Shown in pieces: positions 37,724 through 51,441 of a stretch of DNA of 64,000 nucleotides. Under the pieces are notes generated by a model that worked only from the letters and a program-made list of their open reading frames with translations, was not told the DNA's origin and searched no databases. This DNA comes from Narcine bancroftii. Taxonomy: Eukaryota. Position 1 is the stretch's first letter. The number at the start of each line of letters is the position of its first letter. Position numbers and translations under genes: made by a program. The DNA lies in the NCBI RefSeq assembly GCF_036971445.1, contig NC_091471.1:266848001-266912000 (forward strand). The letters run 5' to 3'.

Positions 37724-39019
37724 ACCTTGCTTGCTTCGCTTCAGCCGCTGCACACGTGCCAGTCCTACACTGGTTTTGGGAAAGGGCCATTTTTCTCTCT
37801 CTCTCTCTATTTCCCCTTCTAACTTTAGTCTTGTGCGTTGCTCGTGACCACCCGTGTGATTAATGAAAGGCAGAAAGCTGCTCTCCTATAAATAAGATAA
37901 CTCAGGCGGTAAGCCAATCCATCCTTCAGTAGGAGGTGGTGCAATAAAAAAGTGCTATGGAATGTGACAGAGGCAACGTGCAGGCTATAGAGAAAAGTAC
38001 AGTTAGAGAAAAACTTTCATCAATGAGGGGTTCTTTTAAGAGCTTGATAACAATAGTAAAGAAACTGCCCTTCAATCTTGAGGTTCACCCCGTCAAACTC
38101 AATGTACTGCCTGATGGAAGGGGGAGAAGAGAGTGGGATGAATCCTTTCATATATTAGCAGCTTTCCTGAGACAACAGGATGAATAAATGAAGGGGAGGT
38201 TTGTTTGAGAGATGGCCTGAGCAGTTCCAAAAGAGATATTACAGTACAAGACGTCCGCAGTTCCATTGAGATATTTTGCACACTAGTTCAACTGATTATC
38301 AACATGCCTTCGACTTCCATCTTTTTCCTCATAAATCCAACTGTTATTTGTCTCAAATGATTGCATGCAATATTGCAAGTACACATTCTAGCCACTCTTG
38401 GGTGACAAATTAGTGCCAAAGTTAGCTTAGTAACACTTTCACAGATACAGAAGACCTAGCAACAACAATAGGATAAGTAAATGTTCCATAATAGTGCATT
38501 AGGCAGAAGAAGAGTTACTATGTATAGATAAATAAATATTCAGTTGTAGTTTGTGGAAAATAAAAGTAATGTTTCAATAGTTCAGACAGATCTTTTGGTG
38601 AACCTGGAGTACAAAGGGTTAAATCTTCAAGATTATTTTTCATGTAATAAAACAGAAAATGTGACAGCACAAAGTTTCTCCAGACAAAGATTCACTCTCA
38701 GTAGAAATTGCCCAGCACCCCTTAGAGACAGAAAGAAAGAGAAACAAAAGAGAACTCTCCCCCCTCCCACCCCCCCCCCACCCCCACCGAGTCACTGGGT
38801 GTCCATGGATTCACCTCCAGCGTTCCCGCAGCCTCCCCAGCCACATAGATTTCAGTCTGAACCATTGGCATCCTGAACTGCAGATGCACATCTCTGACAC
38901 TATCATGAAGCCTCCAGCATCCTCTGGCATCCCAGTTCTGATACCTTCAGCCAATCTCCAACCATTTCCAAGCAGTCCACAACCTGATGTGAGTACTTTG
39001 ATGCTGTGGCCAGCATCCT

Positions 39020-39768
39020 ACATAGAACATGAACAGTACAGCACAGTACAGGGCTTTGGCCCTTGATGTTATGCCAACCTATATATTCATACCAAAAAAA
39101 ATTAGACCCTTCCTACCTCATAACCCTTTATTTTTCTTTTATTCATGTGCCTGTCTAAGTGTGTCTTAAATGTCCTTAATGTTTCAGCCTCCACCATCAC
39201 CCCTGGTAAGGCATTACAGGTACCCGACATCTCTGTGTAAAAAAACTTAGCCCTGATGTCTTCCCTGAACTTTCCTCCCTTCACTTTGTACAGATCTCTT
39301 CTGGTGTTGCTATTCCTGGGAAAGTGGTGCTGGCTGTCCACCTTACCAATTCCTTGCATAATCTTGTAAACTTCTATTAAGTCACCTCTCATCTTTCTTC
39401 ATTTCAACCTTGCTTCATAAGACTTATTTTCCAATCCAGACAACAACCTGGTAAATCTCCTCTGCACCCTCTCCAATAGCTTCCACGTCCTTCCTCTAAT
39501 GAGGTGACCAGAAATGAACAGAATACTCTTAGTGTGGTCTCACCAGGGATTGTATTGTTGCAACACAACCTCTCCTTCTTCTTCTTTGGCTTGGCTTCGC
39601 GGACGAAGATTTATTGAACTTAATCCCCTGACTAATGAAACCCAGCATCCCATAGGCCTTCTTAACTATCCTATTAACCTTGAGAAATGTATGGGTTTGG
39701 ACTCCAAGGACCCTCTGTTCCTCCACCCTCTTAAGTATCCAACCCTGTATTCAGCCTTCTGTTTGACA
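39020..39768 (-). mobile_element. CR1 LINE 3' part running into the gap
   Basis: ORF 39102-39392 MRGDLIEVYKIMQGIGKVD, a typical CR1 C-terminus, and LVRPH. catagaacat-type tail. Confidence 0.85.
39575..39614 (-). mobile_element. ~40-bp RTE 3' terminus inserted in CR1
   Basis: cttcttcttctttggcttggcttcgcggacgaagatttat is the reverse complement of the RTE 3' end. Confidence 0.8.
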
Positions 39769-39968
39769 NNNNNNNNNNNNNNNNNNNNNNNNNNNNNNNN
39801 NNNNNNNNNNNNNNNNNNNNNNNNNNNNNNNNNNNNNNNNNNNNNNNNNNNNNNNNNNNNNNNNNNNNNNNNNNNNNNNNNNNNNNNNNNNNNNNNNNNN
39901 NNNNNNNNNNNNNNNNNNNNNNNNNNNNNNNNNNNNNNNNNNNNNNNNNNNNNNNNNNNNNNNNNNNN
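39769..39968. other. Assembly gap (200 N, probably a placeholder size)
   Basis: Run of exactly 200 N. Confidence 0.99.
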
Positions 39969-42900
39969 TAGTAGATAGTGCATTCTGAACAAATAAGGAA
40001 CGATGTCGGGTTATTGTTACACCAGCCATTTTTTTAACCTCTCATAATATAGCTCAGACTGTGTCTTTGTACTGAATGCCAGTACAAATTAGTCATCAAT
40101 AAAGCTGGAGTCAGAAACAGGATCAAAGTTAGTAAAACATTGCTAATTTGGTTATCATTGAATCAGGATTGCATCCCCTGGAATTATTAATTATCCCCAT
40201 TGTCAAATTTGCACTGGGCTTGCAAAAGAAAAGGAGCACTCTCCATTGGGTCACCCATGACTGATACGCATAATAAAAATTATATCAGATTGCAGCATTA
40301 AAGAAAACTCCTGTTGAAGTTGCTGAATTCACTGAGTATTACATTCCATCGAGTCACACAGCATAGAAGGAACCAATTTGTTTGTACAAACACTTTAATT
40401 ATATCTTTTGAATTTTCTCAATCTGCTCTTTTCCTATGCCCCTGTAATTTTCCCCCAAGAATTAATCCTTTTCAAATTACGAATGAGTATGCTTTCATCG
40501 TCCTTTCAGGTATTGAATTCCAGATCAGAACAATGTAAAGCTACATTCATTGTTTACTTTTTGGTCTTGTTTCACCAATGATTTTAAATCTGGGCTTTCA
40601 AACAGTTTGTGTATCAGTCAGAAACACTGTTTCTTTATTTTCTGTCTCAAAATGCCTGGACACTGCTGTAGATTTCTGTGTACTTAATCTCAGATGAGAG
40701 CAATTCAAGTTTCTCTTTCTGAATGACCATGGATGATGGACATCTTTTTTATTTAAAATTTCCTGTGAATCTTCTCTGTGCTCTTGAGTTTCATTGCAGA
40801 GCATGAACATTAAGTTCAAACTGAGATATAATGACTGACGTATATCTTGCATCAACCTTTTTGCCACCTTTAATATTTTCATTTGTGAATACATTTGAAA
40901 CAATACTGATTCCTTTATAATATCCTTTTTTTAAACAATGTATAACCTCATATATTTTTCTATTAACTTTCATCTGCCATTTTCTGTTTCACCAGTCTGT
41001 CTACCGTCCAGATGTTCGATATGCTCTGTATTCCATTTCTGAGTTTTGAAGTTGTGCTTCGGTATCCAAGTGCAGATCATTAAATGGAGCTGAGGGATTA
41101 ATATTTTGGGTAACGATACACTTCCCTTTAGTCTGGAAAACACATCTATTCTCCAGTAGTTTCTGCTTTCTTAAAACAATTTTGTATTCATGCTGTCACT
41201 TCTCCTTTTAATACCATGGACTTGATTAATGCCAAAGCACCACTAATGTTGTATGTTAACACATTTCATCTGGAAACCTCTGCATAATATTGACTGAAAT
41301 ATCCTTATTAAAAGCCTTCATTATGCCTAACAAGTTGGCATAATTTGCATTTTTTTTTAACTAGATTGGGTATTCTGGAAGTTTTTTGCAAATTTCAGAT
41401 GATGCTGGGGAAACTTTATCCTTTTTTTTTGTTTTGATGTTAATCTTCCTGTCCACAGGGGTAATAAAAATTCAAATTCCTTATCTTGAGAGACGTCCTC
41501 TTTTTTAAAAAAAAGGCTCTCTGGTACAGAATTGAACTTGACAGTATTAATCACTGTAGCTTGTCAGCTCATGCTGTTTAGACTTGGAGAAATGATTACT
41601 GCTGAATATGTATTTTGCCTCTTCAGATGGAAAAGAATAAATAATCCAATATAAATGAGTAATGTGTTAAAAATGCATTTATTGTGCATTAGTTGGTTTT
41701 TAATTGTGCCATTTTATTAATATATACACTGCAAAATTTTAAAAGTCCACTTTAAAAAATTTTAACGGAAGATGAATTAAAAATTGAATTCATTTTTTCC
41801 TGTGTCTAAACAATATATCTGCCCATACCTGACATTTTATATTGGCAATTTAATGTTGCATATTGTACCGAAATCCTGAATATAGTGAATGGGCGTGGAA
41901 TCAAACATCAGTAAATATCAGAAGAGGAAAAGATTTCTGCTCAATGTATCTGTGTTGCCACTTGAACAAATTAGTATTTTCATTGATCTACATTCGTTGC
42001 AATAAATTCCTTTTATTTTAGTCTGTATCCATCCTATTCTAATTGCAAAGTAATGCACACACATTGTGAATGAGAAAACTCCACTGTTGGTATGTAAAAC
42101 AAAACGAGATATACTGAATATGGAAAATTGTCACACTTTTGATCTGTTCTGTCAAAAACAAAGAAATTTCAGTGGTGACGCCATCAAATTGATGTACATC
42201 TAGAAAGTGCTGTTCAGAGTGGTTCATATTATGGAAAAACCTTTTGTAAGCAGATGTTAAGCAATAGGCCAAACATTCAACTGTTTTGTATGGGGTTAGC
42301 TGATGATGGGAGATTTTACCTCTGTCTCTCCACAGCTTTGTTTGGCAAATAGATCTGAGGTTATGTCAGTTTTCACAATATTTAGTGAACCGAGAAGTCT
42401 CAATCATAGTTAATCACCTAACTATGGTGTGCATGTTATGACTTTTCATTGTTTCACTTTCTTAAGAAAAAAAAAATCACATTTTAGTTAGGTATAACAT
42501 GGAATTTCCATCAGAATTGGCAATGATTGCCTGGTGTTCATTTGCTTGTTAAATTAATTCTCTGCCCAGACATCATTCAAGCATGGGCTGTTAAGTAGCA
42601 TTTCCTCCACACCAGCGTTAGGCCACAAGTGTGGCAGGTTAAGTCGTATCACTATCCCGTGGTTTCATTGACTGGCTTTTGATTCTGACCTTCAGTCTGT
42701 GTGGATGTTCTTTCTGTTTCTCCTGGATGTTCTGGTTTCCTCCTGCATCTCAAAAGATGAGCGTGTTACGTTAATTGGCAATTGGGTAGCAGCAATGGTG
42801 ATCTTGTCTGTTATGCCCACTTCCAGTAGTATGGAAAGCAGTAGATGAGCCAGAAATAATCAATTCTTTCATGATTCTGTTTTACAATGAGGATGAGACT

Positions 42901-43179
42901 TTGAAAACAAATTGCGATGATTTAATTTCCTGGAGTATATTCATGGATGTTGGGTGAAGAAGAGATCGGGCCATGTTGTGATAATGTTCATGCTGTCTAT
43001 AAATTCAAATCTTTTTATTTTAGATCGAATAGTGTAGCAGAATTTCCAAAATGTGTTGTAGAGAGCTCTTCCCAATGAACTACAGCATGTACTAAATCTG
43101 CTCTTAATGTCTATCAAGTATAATGTAAATTTGGTTAAACACTGGATCTAATACTGACACTTATTGTTTGATATTTCAG

Positions 43180-43328
43180 TTCAGCGGAATATTCTGGACT
43201 TTCCACAGCATGTTTCTCCTTGCAAAGATGTTCGGGCTGCCAGCACCGAGGCAGACAAACTGTTGTCTGAATTTGATGTGGAGATGAGCATGAGAGAAGA
43301 TGTTTACCAGAGAATAGTGGCTCTGCAG
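43180..43328 (+). CDS. THOP1: THOP1 exon 3 ([50 protein letters not shown]); first visible exon
   Basis: tttcag|TT...CAG|gtagga, 149 nt. Near-identical to human thimet oligopeptidase. Exon numbering follows the human gene. Confidence 0.95.
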
Positions 43329-44349
43329 GTAGGAATTGAGACTAGATGATTAAAGGGTGCTGATGTGACAAGAATAACATTTTTGAGCCACTTGTATCTT
43401 GCAGGATTCCTTTGTGTTAGTTTCAAAACTATGGTCAAAGCAACGTATTTTTGTATTTGCATTTCTCCAGTTGATAGTGGTTTAGTGGGTTAAGAAGTGA
43501 ATGGATCATCAGAATTCCTGCTGGTGATAGCTCAGACATAAGGCTACAATATATTCTATTTAGAGATACTCCACAGATGCATGGTGTACTTGGATATCAC
43601 TCGGGTATGGGAATGAAGTGGAAACACTTCTTTCTTCAGCATGAACCAGCCTGTTTTTGATTCGGGTATAAAGCACTTTACATATGTTTTGAGCACTGGC
43701 ACTGGTTTAGGTGTTCACATATTGGTCATTGCATCATGACTGCTTTTTTTTCCCCCCAAATACTATGTTTCCTAATACTCTTGTCACATTCTTTGCAGCT
43801 CTTTTTGAACTTGTTGGTACACTTTAGTGTTAGAAAATAGGGAACTCATCTAACGTCTTCATCCTAATTGCTTCTGCAAAATAAAGTTGTGGATTTTGCT
43901 GGAACCACAATTACAATGTATAATCTAGACCAGAATCTCATTGATGTATTAGAGGAAATGCTACATTGTTGGATATGTCATACTTCAAATATGATATTAA
44001 ACTTTGTTTTGCCATTCTGCGATTAAAATATGAATGTGTATACCTGAAGAGTTTAAATTTCTTCTTATTGATTTGCTTATTCAGTTGGTTAAAAAAAATA
44101 GATAATTGGTTTTACCTCAATTCCATTGACACTCCCAGTCTTTGCGTATTGTTGATATGAACAAAAGATTTGCTGGAAATTGTGTTGTGAAAAGTTTATC
44201 TTCCAGCTATCTTCAAAGGAAAACATTGTTACAATTCTAGCTGGCAAATCAGTCCGGTGTACTGAAAATGTGGCTGGATGAAAGATAACTTTTGTTTGTG
44301 TTATTGATATTTCATAGATTCCATTGAGTTAAACACAAATACAGAGATG

Positions 44350-44705
44350 GGATTGGCTGGGACGTACTCTGGAGCTTGGGAGCTGAGGGTGACTTTGTAG
44401 AGGTATATAAAATTTTGAAGGTGAATGGTGACGGTCTTTCCCAGGGTAGGGGAGTTGAAGACCAGAGGCATAATTGACAGTGAAAGGGTAAGAATTTAAA
44501 GGGGTCCTGAGGAGCAACTTTTTCCATAGTGACGATGGTTGGTATATGGAATGACCTGCCACAGGAAGTGGTAGAGCCGGGTGGAATTAAAACATTTAAT
44601 CAGATAATTTTCAAGAGATATGGGCCAAATGCAGACAAATGGCACCAACTCTGGCAGTCAACTTGGTTAGAGTGGATGAGTTAAGCTGAAGTGCTGCATG
44701 ACTCT
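44350..44705 (+). mobile_element. CR1 3' end fragment
   Basis: ctgagggtgactttgtagaggtatataaaatt (LRGDL.EVYKI-like) and tail gtgctgcatgactct. Confidence 0.7.
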
Positions 44706-44760
44706 TAAGTAAGAAATTACTTGCTTCTGGCTCACTCTGAAAGTTTGTTTGTTTTTTCAG

Positions 44761-44868
44761 GATAAATGTCAGGCTGAAGAACTCCGACCAGAAGCTAAGC
44801 GCTACCTGGAAAGGCTTCTGAAATTAGGAAAAAGAAATGGGCTCCATCTGTGTAAAGAAAAGCAAGAG
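44761..44868 (+). CDS. THOP1: THOP1 exon 4 ([36 protein letters not shown])
   Basis: ttttcag|GAT...GAG|gtgaat, 108 nt. Confidence 0.95.
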
Positions 44869-45519
44869 GTGAATAATTGATAATAGAACATGGCATTTGT
44901 AGATGAATAACACAGAATCTGCAGGCAATCCTTCATCAGGATTCTGGTTGACGCTGCTCAAACTGCTGAGTTCCTCTCGGTCAATCTCTGGCATTCCCTG
45001 TTATTGGACACCTTCCATGCCCCAGTCTTTCCCTGCCTCCCAGGATTTTTCCTTTCATTCTCTCATAGCTTCCACCAGCCCAGCTTGAGTGCTTAATATC
45101 ACTGACTCAGCCAGTGAGCTGCTGGGTTTTCAGACAAAAAAAAAGACTTCTATTTGAAATTAAACAGGCTACTTGGTAAATAAACTAAAATCTACTTAAG
45201 AAATTTATCCTCATCAATGGCATCACCCACAAGCATTTTTTTGAGATCAACCCACGTTGCCAGCTCATCATTAACTGAAGATAGATCAGAGTTAACCACA
45301 GACTTTTTGGATCCTCTTTCGGAGGATTTTTCCATGAGGTCTCCAGGGAAATTTTGCTGTTTTTTTAAAACTCTGTGAATAACCATTAAGTTGGCAGACT
45401 AGGATCTAATGTTCCAGTTAAAATAAAATCCTAATTCAATAAGTATACAGTATCTCTAAAATTTTAGTAAATTGTGAATTACACTAGAAGGCACAACACC
45501 CATTAATTTTGTGCTGCAG

Positions 45520-45622
45520 GAGATTAAAGCTATCAAGAAAAGAATCAGCATATTATGCATAGACTTCAGCAAAAACTTGAATGAGAATACCACATTCCTG
45601 GAATTTACAAAGGATGAATTGG
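45520..45622 (+). CDS. THOP1: THOP1 exon 5 ([35 protein letters not shown])
   Basis: ctgcag|GAG...TTG G|gtaag, 103 nt. Confidence 0.95.
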
Positions 45623-47014
45623 GTAAGAAAATGTTTACTTTGTAGATAGAAATAGGATTAGAATTTGACCCTGTAAATGACAAAATAAACTACAGATAAT
45701 TTTATTTATCTAGCAAATGAACCTAGCATTTTAAGATTAAGATCTATGGTTCCAGAGCTATGATTTAATCCTGGATTATGTAACCTGTCACTGTTGATAT
45801 TTAACTGATACTTAAGTAATGGATATGACATTTGATTACTAATTTCTGAACTATGTTAGATGGAGCAATCCTTGTCCCTTTGGAAATGTGCTGAGAGAAA
45901 CCATTGCCAACGACTCTGATTTTTTTTAAAAAAAAGGAAAAACTCAGCAAGACGAGCAACAGCTGTGGAGGCAAAATAAGTTGACATTTTTGTCGATGCC
46001 CTGCGAGAGAAGAGAAGTTGCCAGTCCATAATGGTATAAAAGGAGGGGAGGAGGTGGATTGAGGCTGGTAGGAGATAGATAGATGGTACAAGATGATGAA
46101 ATGATGATGGGCAGATGAAATAAATAGGAAGGGATGGGGGGTGTTTGTGTGTGTGTGTAGGTTCATGTAAACTGAACTTGGAAAATTCATTGCTCATACC
46201 ATTGTATTTTAAGCTACTGAAACAGATATTCTTGTGATACAGCTTCAGCTCTGTTGCAATGGAGAAGGCAAAGAGTAAACAAATCAGTATGGGAGCGGAA
46301 AATAGAGTAAAACTGATAGATAACTGGAAGCTTGAGACAGCCACCATTTGCCTCCATGGATGTTCCATGACCTATTAAGTTCTTTGGATATTGTGTTTTA
46401 TGTTCTAGATTTCAAGCTGCAGTCTCTTGTTTTCAGAGTCGGAGGTCTTGGTGTGAGTTTTTGTCCTTTTTTAAAACAAAAAAAGTTTTTATACGTTCAT
46501 CACAGAGAAACTTTGAAAGCAAAGTACTTAGCTGGACTTTCCCCATTGAGCAAACATCTTGAATATATTTTACCATGATATACATTTTCTGTAATGTGCA
46601 GTTCATCATCTGAACTACTTTCATTCAAATGAAATTAGTGAAAATATTATAGATTGTTTGGCTTGTTTTGCTCTTCTTACTGTGGAGAAGCAGGATTGTT
46701 TCTTTTGGCCCTGGGTACCCTCTCTGTATGCTTGCATATTCTAATGTGTGGAAAATAAAACTGAACCCATTTTAATTTTCTGTGTCATTCTCAGAGGATA
46801 TTTTAAATAGATGATAAAATAATATTTTTTGACTATTTTACTATTGGAATATTGAAGACAAATGGAGTTTCCGACTACAGTAAGTTCAGATTACTCAGTG
46901 GGGATTTTCCCCATGTATCAATTTTCACTGTTGAGCAATTAATATAATTAATTTGATTTTTGTTTTTGAAATTATTTCTGCGCATACATAGTGATGATAA
47001 TCTATGGTTTGCAG

Positions 47015-47175
47015 GTGGTCTCCCTGATGACTTTATCAATAGCTTGGAGAAAATAGAAAATGGGAAGCTGAAGGTGACACTAAAGTATCCTCATTATTTT
47101 CCTTTAATGAAGAAATGTAATGTTCCTGAGACTAGGAGGAAGATGGAGCAAGCCTTTAATTCCCGCTGCATGGAG
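47015..47175 (+). CDS. THOP1: THOP1 exon 6 ([12 protein letters not shown]...[14 protein letters not shown]...AFNSRCME)
   Basis: ttgcag|GT...GAG|gtaggc, 161 nt. Confidence 0.96.
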
Positions 47176-47471
47176 GTAGGCTAGGCTTTACTTGATTATC
47201 TGTTTTCTGAGAGGTTTTATATCACAAAAAATATCTAGTTTATTTGCTCTATGTTGATGCTTATTTCCTTCACCTTACCCTTTTGTTATTTCTTGTAAGA
47301 AATTGGCTTAAATATATCTATGTCGTCTGCCTCCACCAATACATGGCCACTTTCCAATTAAGTTTCTATTCTTTTATTTAATCTCTCTATCACCTTATTT
47401 TTTTAATCATTAGTATTTTTACCCACCAAGTTAAACACATCTTCCTTTGAAATTCTTATGTCATGGCTGTA

Positions 47472-49177
47472 CAGTAAAATTCCCATTATCCAACACCTAT
47501 GGGGTTCACGTATGACAGAAATGTGAATTTTCTGGTTGACTGAAACTTACTCTTGCAATGCTTATCAAATATACTTATGTTAAGAATCTTTTACAAACCC
47601 ACTTCCCATCCTGACCCCTGTAAGGATTCATTCTCTCAATTCCTCTGCCTCCATCACCTCTTCACCTAGGATGGGGTCTTCCATGCCAGATTATCAGATA
47701 TGTCCTCAATATGGCATTCCTTCCACCACCATCAACTCGGCGCTCACCCCCACATCTGCCCTGGCCCCCTCCGACACTACGAGTAATGTGGACAAGATTC
47801 CTCTTGTCCTCACCTATCCGCCTCTGCATCCAACACATCCTCCTCTGCCATTTGCACCATCTACTACGTGATCCCACCACTAGACACATATTCCCCTCTC
47901 TGCCTTCCGCAGGGATTGCTCCCTCTATGACTCCCTTATCCAGGCTTCCCTCCCCACTAATTGTCCTCTTGAGACCTACCCCTGTGACCACAGGAGATGC
48001 TCCACGCACCCACACCTCCTCCTTCACCACCATTTTGTCATACAAACAGTTCTTCAAGTGAAGCAACATTTCACTTGTGAATCTGCAGGTGTCATCTACT
48101 GCATTCAGTGCTCCTGTTGCTGTACATCAGAGATCGCTTTGTTGAGCACCTCGACTTTGTCCGCTGCTATAGCGTGGATCTCCTAGTGGCCACCCATTTC
48201 AATGCTCCATCCCTTTCCCTTAATGACTGGTCTGTCCACGATCCCATGAACTGCCAGACTGAGACCACACACAAATTGGAGGAACAACAAAACTGGATGG
48301 CATTAATATGGACTTCTCAGGCTTTTGTTTAAGTCATTTTGGGGGGGGGGGGGGGGGAATCAATTTTAGTCTTTAATTATGTAAAGCTCACTTTAATCAA
48401 GTTGTAATTTAGAATATTTAAATTAGAACCCGATTGTTGACGCTTCAACAATGTTGCATTAGCCGCTAAGCTAACCATATCACTGTCATAATTGATCCAT
48501 CTCCCAAGTTCACAGATAAAGCCTAATACTAGTAAAGATATAGACTCTTACTAAGCAGGGAGAGGGAGACACTTTGGGAGCGTTGGCCCAGTTGTGAGTG
48601 GTATCCTGGTCAGACTATCAGCGCAATACAACTCACCTTAGTGCCAGTATCCCAGTCAGGCCCACAGCGCCATCCCCCTCTATTCCACACCAGTGTCCCG
48701 GTCAGGCTCTTGGCACACCTTCCTCTAAATTCGAACCCCATTTATGAGCTCTTTAACAGTGTTGTACTGACTGCTACGCTAACCATGCCACTGTCATAAT
48801 TAATCCCTTCCCCCAAGGTTACAGTTAAAGCCTTACTAATATACTTAATTATATACTCAAAGATAAAGACTCTTTGGGGAAAAGTCGCCCAAGCGCTGAG
48901 AGGCATTGCCCAGCTCTTTAGCCTGGGAGCCCCAATTATATTCAAACACAACTTTATTGAACTTTATTCAACTAGCTGGTGTAGATGCGGCATGATTGAG
49001 GAGGGGGCGCTCCACTGACTGAATGTTGGCTCCCAAGGGTTTTGTGTTGCTTCAGAGAACACTTTCTTTTACAATTTTAAAACTTTTATTTAAAACTTAT
49101 TTATTCTTCAATTTTTAATTTTTGGCAGTTGTTTGAGTTTCTAATTAACTGAGTGCCAGATAATGGAGATTTTACTG
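47472..49177. mobile_element. pogo/Tigger-like non-autonomous DNA transposon carrying a nested Penelope
   Basis: TA|cagtaaaattcccattatcc ... agataatggagattttactg|TA. Internal diverged direct repeat at about 48460-48590 and 48770-48915. Confidence 0.7.
47595..48330 (+). mobile_element. Penelope-like fragment
   Basis: Shares aagcaacatttcacttgtgaatctgcagg, gagatcgctttgttgagcacct and gagaccacacacaaattggaggaacaaca with 8390-9105. DKIPLVLTY motif. Confidence 0.78.
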
Positions 49178-49210
49178 TATCTATTTTAGAGATGTGTAAA
49201 ATTTGGCATA

Positions 49211-49413
49211 CAGTAAAACCTGTATTATCGGGAATCAACAACCAGCAGCCTCAAGCAACCAGCAAAAAAAATAGCAAAAAATGGGTTTAAAAAAAAAAGG
49301 AAGTTTACCATCGCCTTGCCAGTCATATAATACGCAATCTCCAGCAACTGGAAAATGCACTTGTCCAGCATCTTCCAGACCCTACAGGTGCTGGATACCA
49401 GGGGATTTTGCTG
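49211..49413. mobile_element. Tigger-like MITE
   Basis: TA|cagtaaaacctgtattatc ... ggataccaggggattttgctg|TA. Confidence 0.65.
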
Positions 49414-50092
49414 TACTTTATTTCTTGGAGCATTTTAACTGTTCACTTTGAATGCTAAAAATGGCACGGATAGAGGTCATCTATTGGATCAGCCAATTTC
49501 CCAAGGAGCAGTCCAATTTTCCTTCAGTTTATTCTCTCCCACACATTCAATTCCATTATTTCTTTGCATGTTAATAAAATAAAAAATCAATGTAATGAGT
49601 CACCAATGATGTCTGGGACATGGGAGGAAATCAAAGCACCTGGAGGAACTGATGCCCTTGTGGGGAGATCATGTAAACTCAGCACATAAGGTAAGGATTG
49701 AACCTGGGTGTATGGAGTGATAAGGTAGCATCCTCTTAGAGGAATAAGTCATCCCCTATCTACCTTTCCAGCTCTAATCCTTATTTTGAGCACCATAAGT
49801 AAATTATCCCATAAATATTCTCCAGAAAATAAATAATTTCTGGAATTCACGTACTCAAAACATTGTGTTTTGCACTTTCCAGCTGGAATCACAGAATTAC
49901 TTCATTTATCTCCACCTTCCTGTCCCAGAGTGGAGAGTCCCATTGCAGTTAGAATATAAATTAGGCGAAGCAACTAGGTTCATTATTGGGGACAGCAAGG
50001 ATGTATATGGGAGAACATATCAGAAAAATATGTTTTGGTTGTATTATTTAGTGTTTTAATATATGGACATTACTTTCTTTCGTTGATTATAG

Positions 50093-50228
50093 GACAATGC
50101 AAAGATCCTCAAAGAACTGGTGGCACTTCGTAAAAAGAAATCTGGTCTCCTGAACTTTAAGACCCACTCGGATTTTGTGTTAGAAATGAACATGGCTAAA
50201 AGCAGCAAGAACGTCACTATCTTTCTTG
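50093..50228 (+). CDS. THOP1: THOP1 exon 7 (DNAKILKELVALRKKKSGLLNFKTHSDFVLEMNMAKSSKNVTIFL)
   Basis: ttatag|GAC...CTT G|gtaatg, 136 nt. Confidence 0.95.
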
Positions 50229-51074
50229 GTAATGAATGTCCTTAGAATGTGGGGTGGGAGTGTCAACAAGGATTCAAGTTTGACATCCTGGGGTGTAGGG
50301 TTAGCCTCTACAGTCTGTCAGGTGGAGATGCTGATAATCTGATTGCACTTGTATTGGGCCTGAAACTATAAGTAGAAGTGTCCATAACTGCAATCTTATG
50401 CAGTGTAATTACTGTACTGGAAAACAAAGAGCTTTACTCTGTAGAAATGAGCACAACTCCTGCCAGTTGGGGACAGTATTGTCAAATTTTGAGTTCTGAT
50501 CTGCCTGTATTCTAGACTGCTATTTTGAAAAAGGAGTAGAACCAGTAAAGAAACTATCTAAAATTTTGGTTATTTTTCTGGCAGGAATGGCTCAGAAGCA
50601 CGAGGGTCATGGGAAATCACTTCCATTACTACCTACTGTTATTTTGGTTGTTAATTGGTAAATGGTTAAATTGGCCTATTCATAACAACAATTGGGTGTA
50701 AGCTTCCTTATAAAGTGTTTTTGCACCTAGAGAACCTTCTGAATCACTACTATTCTGTCTATTTTAACAACACCAAAGGTTGAATCTGATTTTTTTTAAA
50801 AACTATTTATTCATGGGGTGTGGTTGCCCTTATCAAGACCAGCATTTATTTTTCAACCCTGAACTAAGGAGCAATTAAGAGTCGATCATAGTGGTGAATC
50901 AGGAGACATGTGGAGGCATGACTGGGTGGGATGGCAGATTTTCTTCCTTGTGGATGGTGGAACAGCTTGCAGCTCACCAGGAAAATAGAAATGAAACATG
51001 AGACCTCATGGAAAGTTATTTCTTTCTATCTGATGATAGCATGAATACAACTGAATATTTTAAATATATTTCAG

Positions 51075-51441
51075 ATGAACTAGCACAGAAACTAAAACCG
51101 CTTGGTGAACAAGAGAGGGCAGTTATAATGGACCTGAAGAAGGAAGAATGTGCAAGACGAAAGCTGGATTTTGATGGTATTATAAATGCCTGGGATTTGC
51201 GATACTACATGAACCAGGTGGAGGAGGTGAAATATTTTGTGGATCAGAACCTGCTGAAGGAGTATTTTCCAATGGAGGTGGTAACATCTGGCCTATTGGA
51301 TATCTATCAGGAACTACTAGGATTGACTTTTGAACTTGTTGAGAAGGAACCTGTATGGCACGAAGATGTGAAGCTGTACTCTGTGAGAGATACAGCATCT
51401 GGAGAGTTGCTTGGACAATTCTACTTAGATTTATATCCAAG
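51075..51441 (+). CDS. THOP1: THOP1 exon 8 ([15 protein letters not shown]...FYLDLYPR)
   Basis: tttcag|AT...AG|gtgatt, 367 nt. Lies within ORF 51008-51445. Confidence 0.97.

Noticed and set aside
37448-37822. Repeat-peptide ORFs (PPWQPSVNPTHA, RRMRRIHARLPG, CASLAAERESDA)
   Set aside because: By-products of a stop-free 36-bp unit that is open in several frames on both strands.
38905-38922. MKPPAS, resembling the human THOP1 start MKPPAA
   Set aside because: No splice donor follows at the expected position, the context is not CpG-rich and the downstream peptide is unrelated. Probably coincidence.
39514-40029. ORFs spanning the N run
   Set aside because: Artefacts of translating through the assembly gap.
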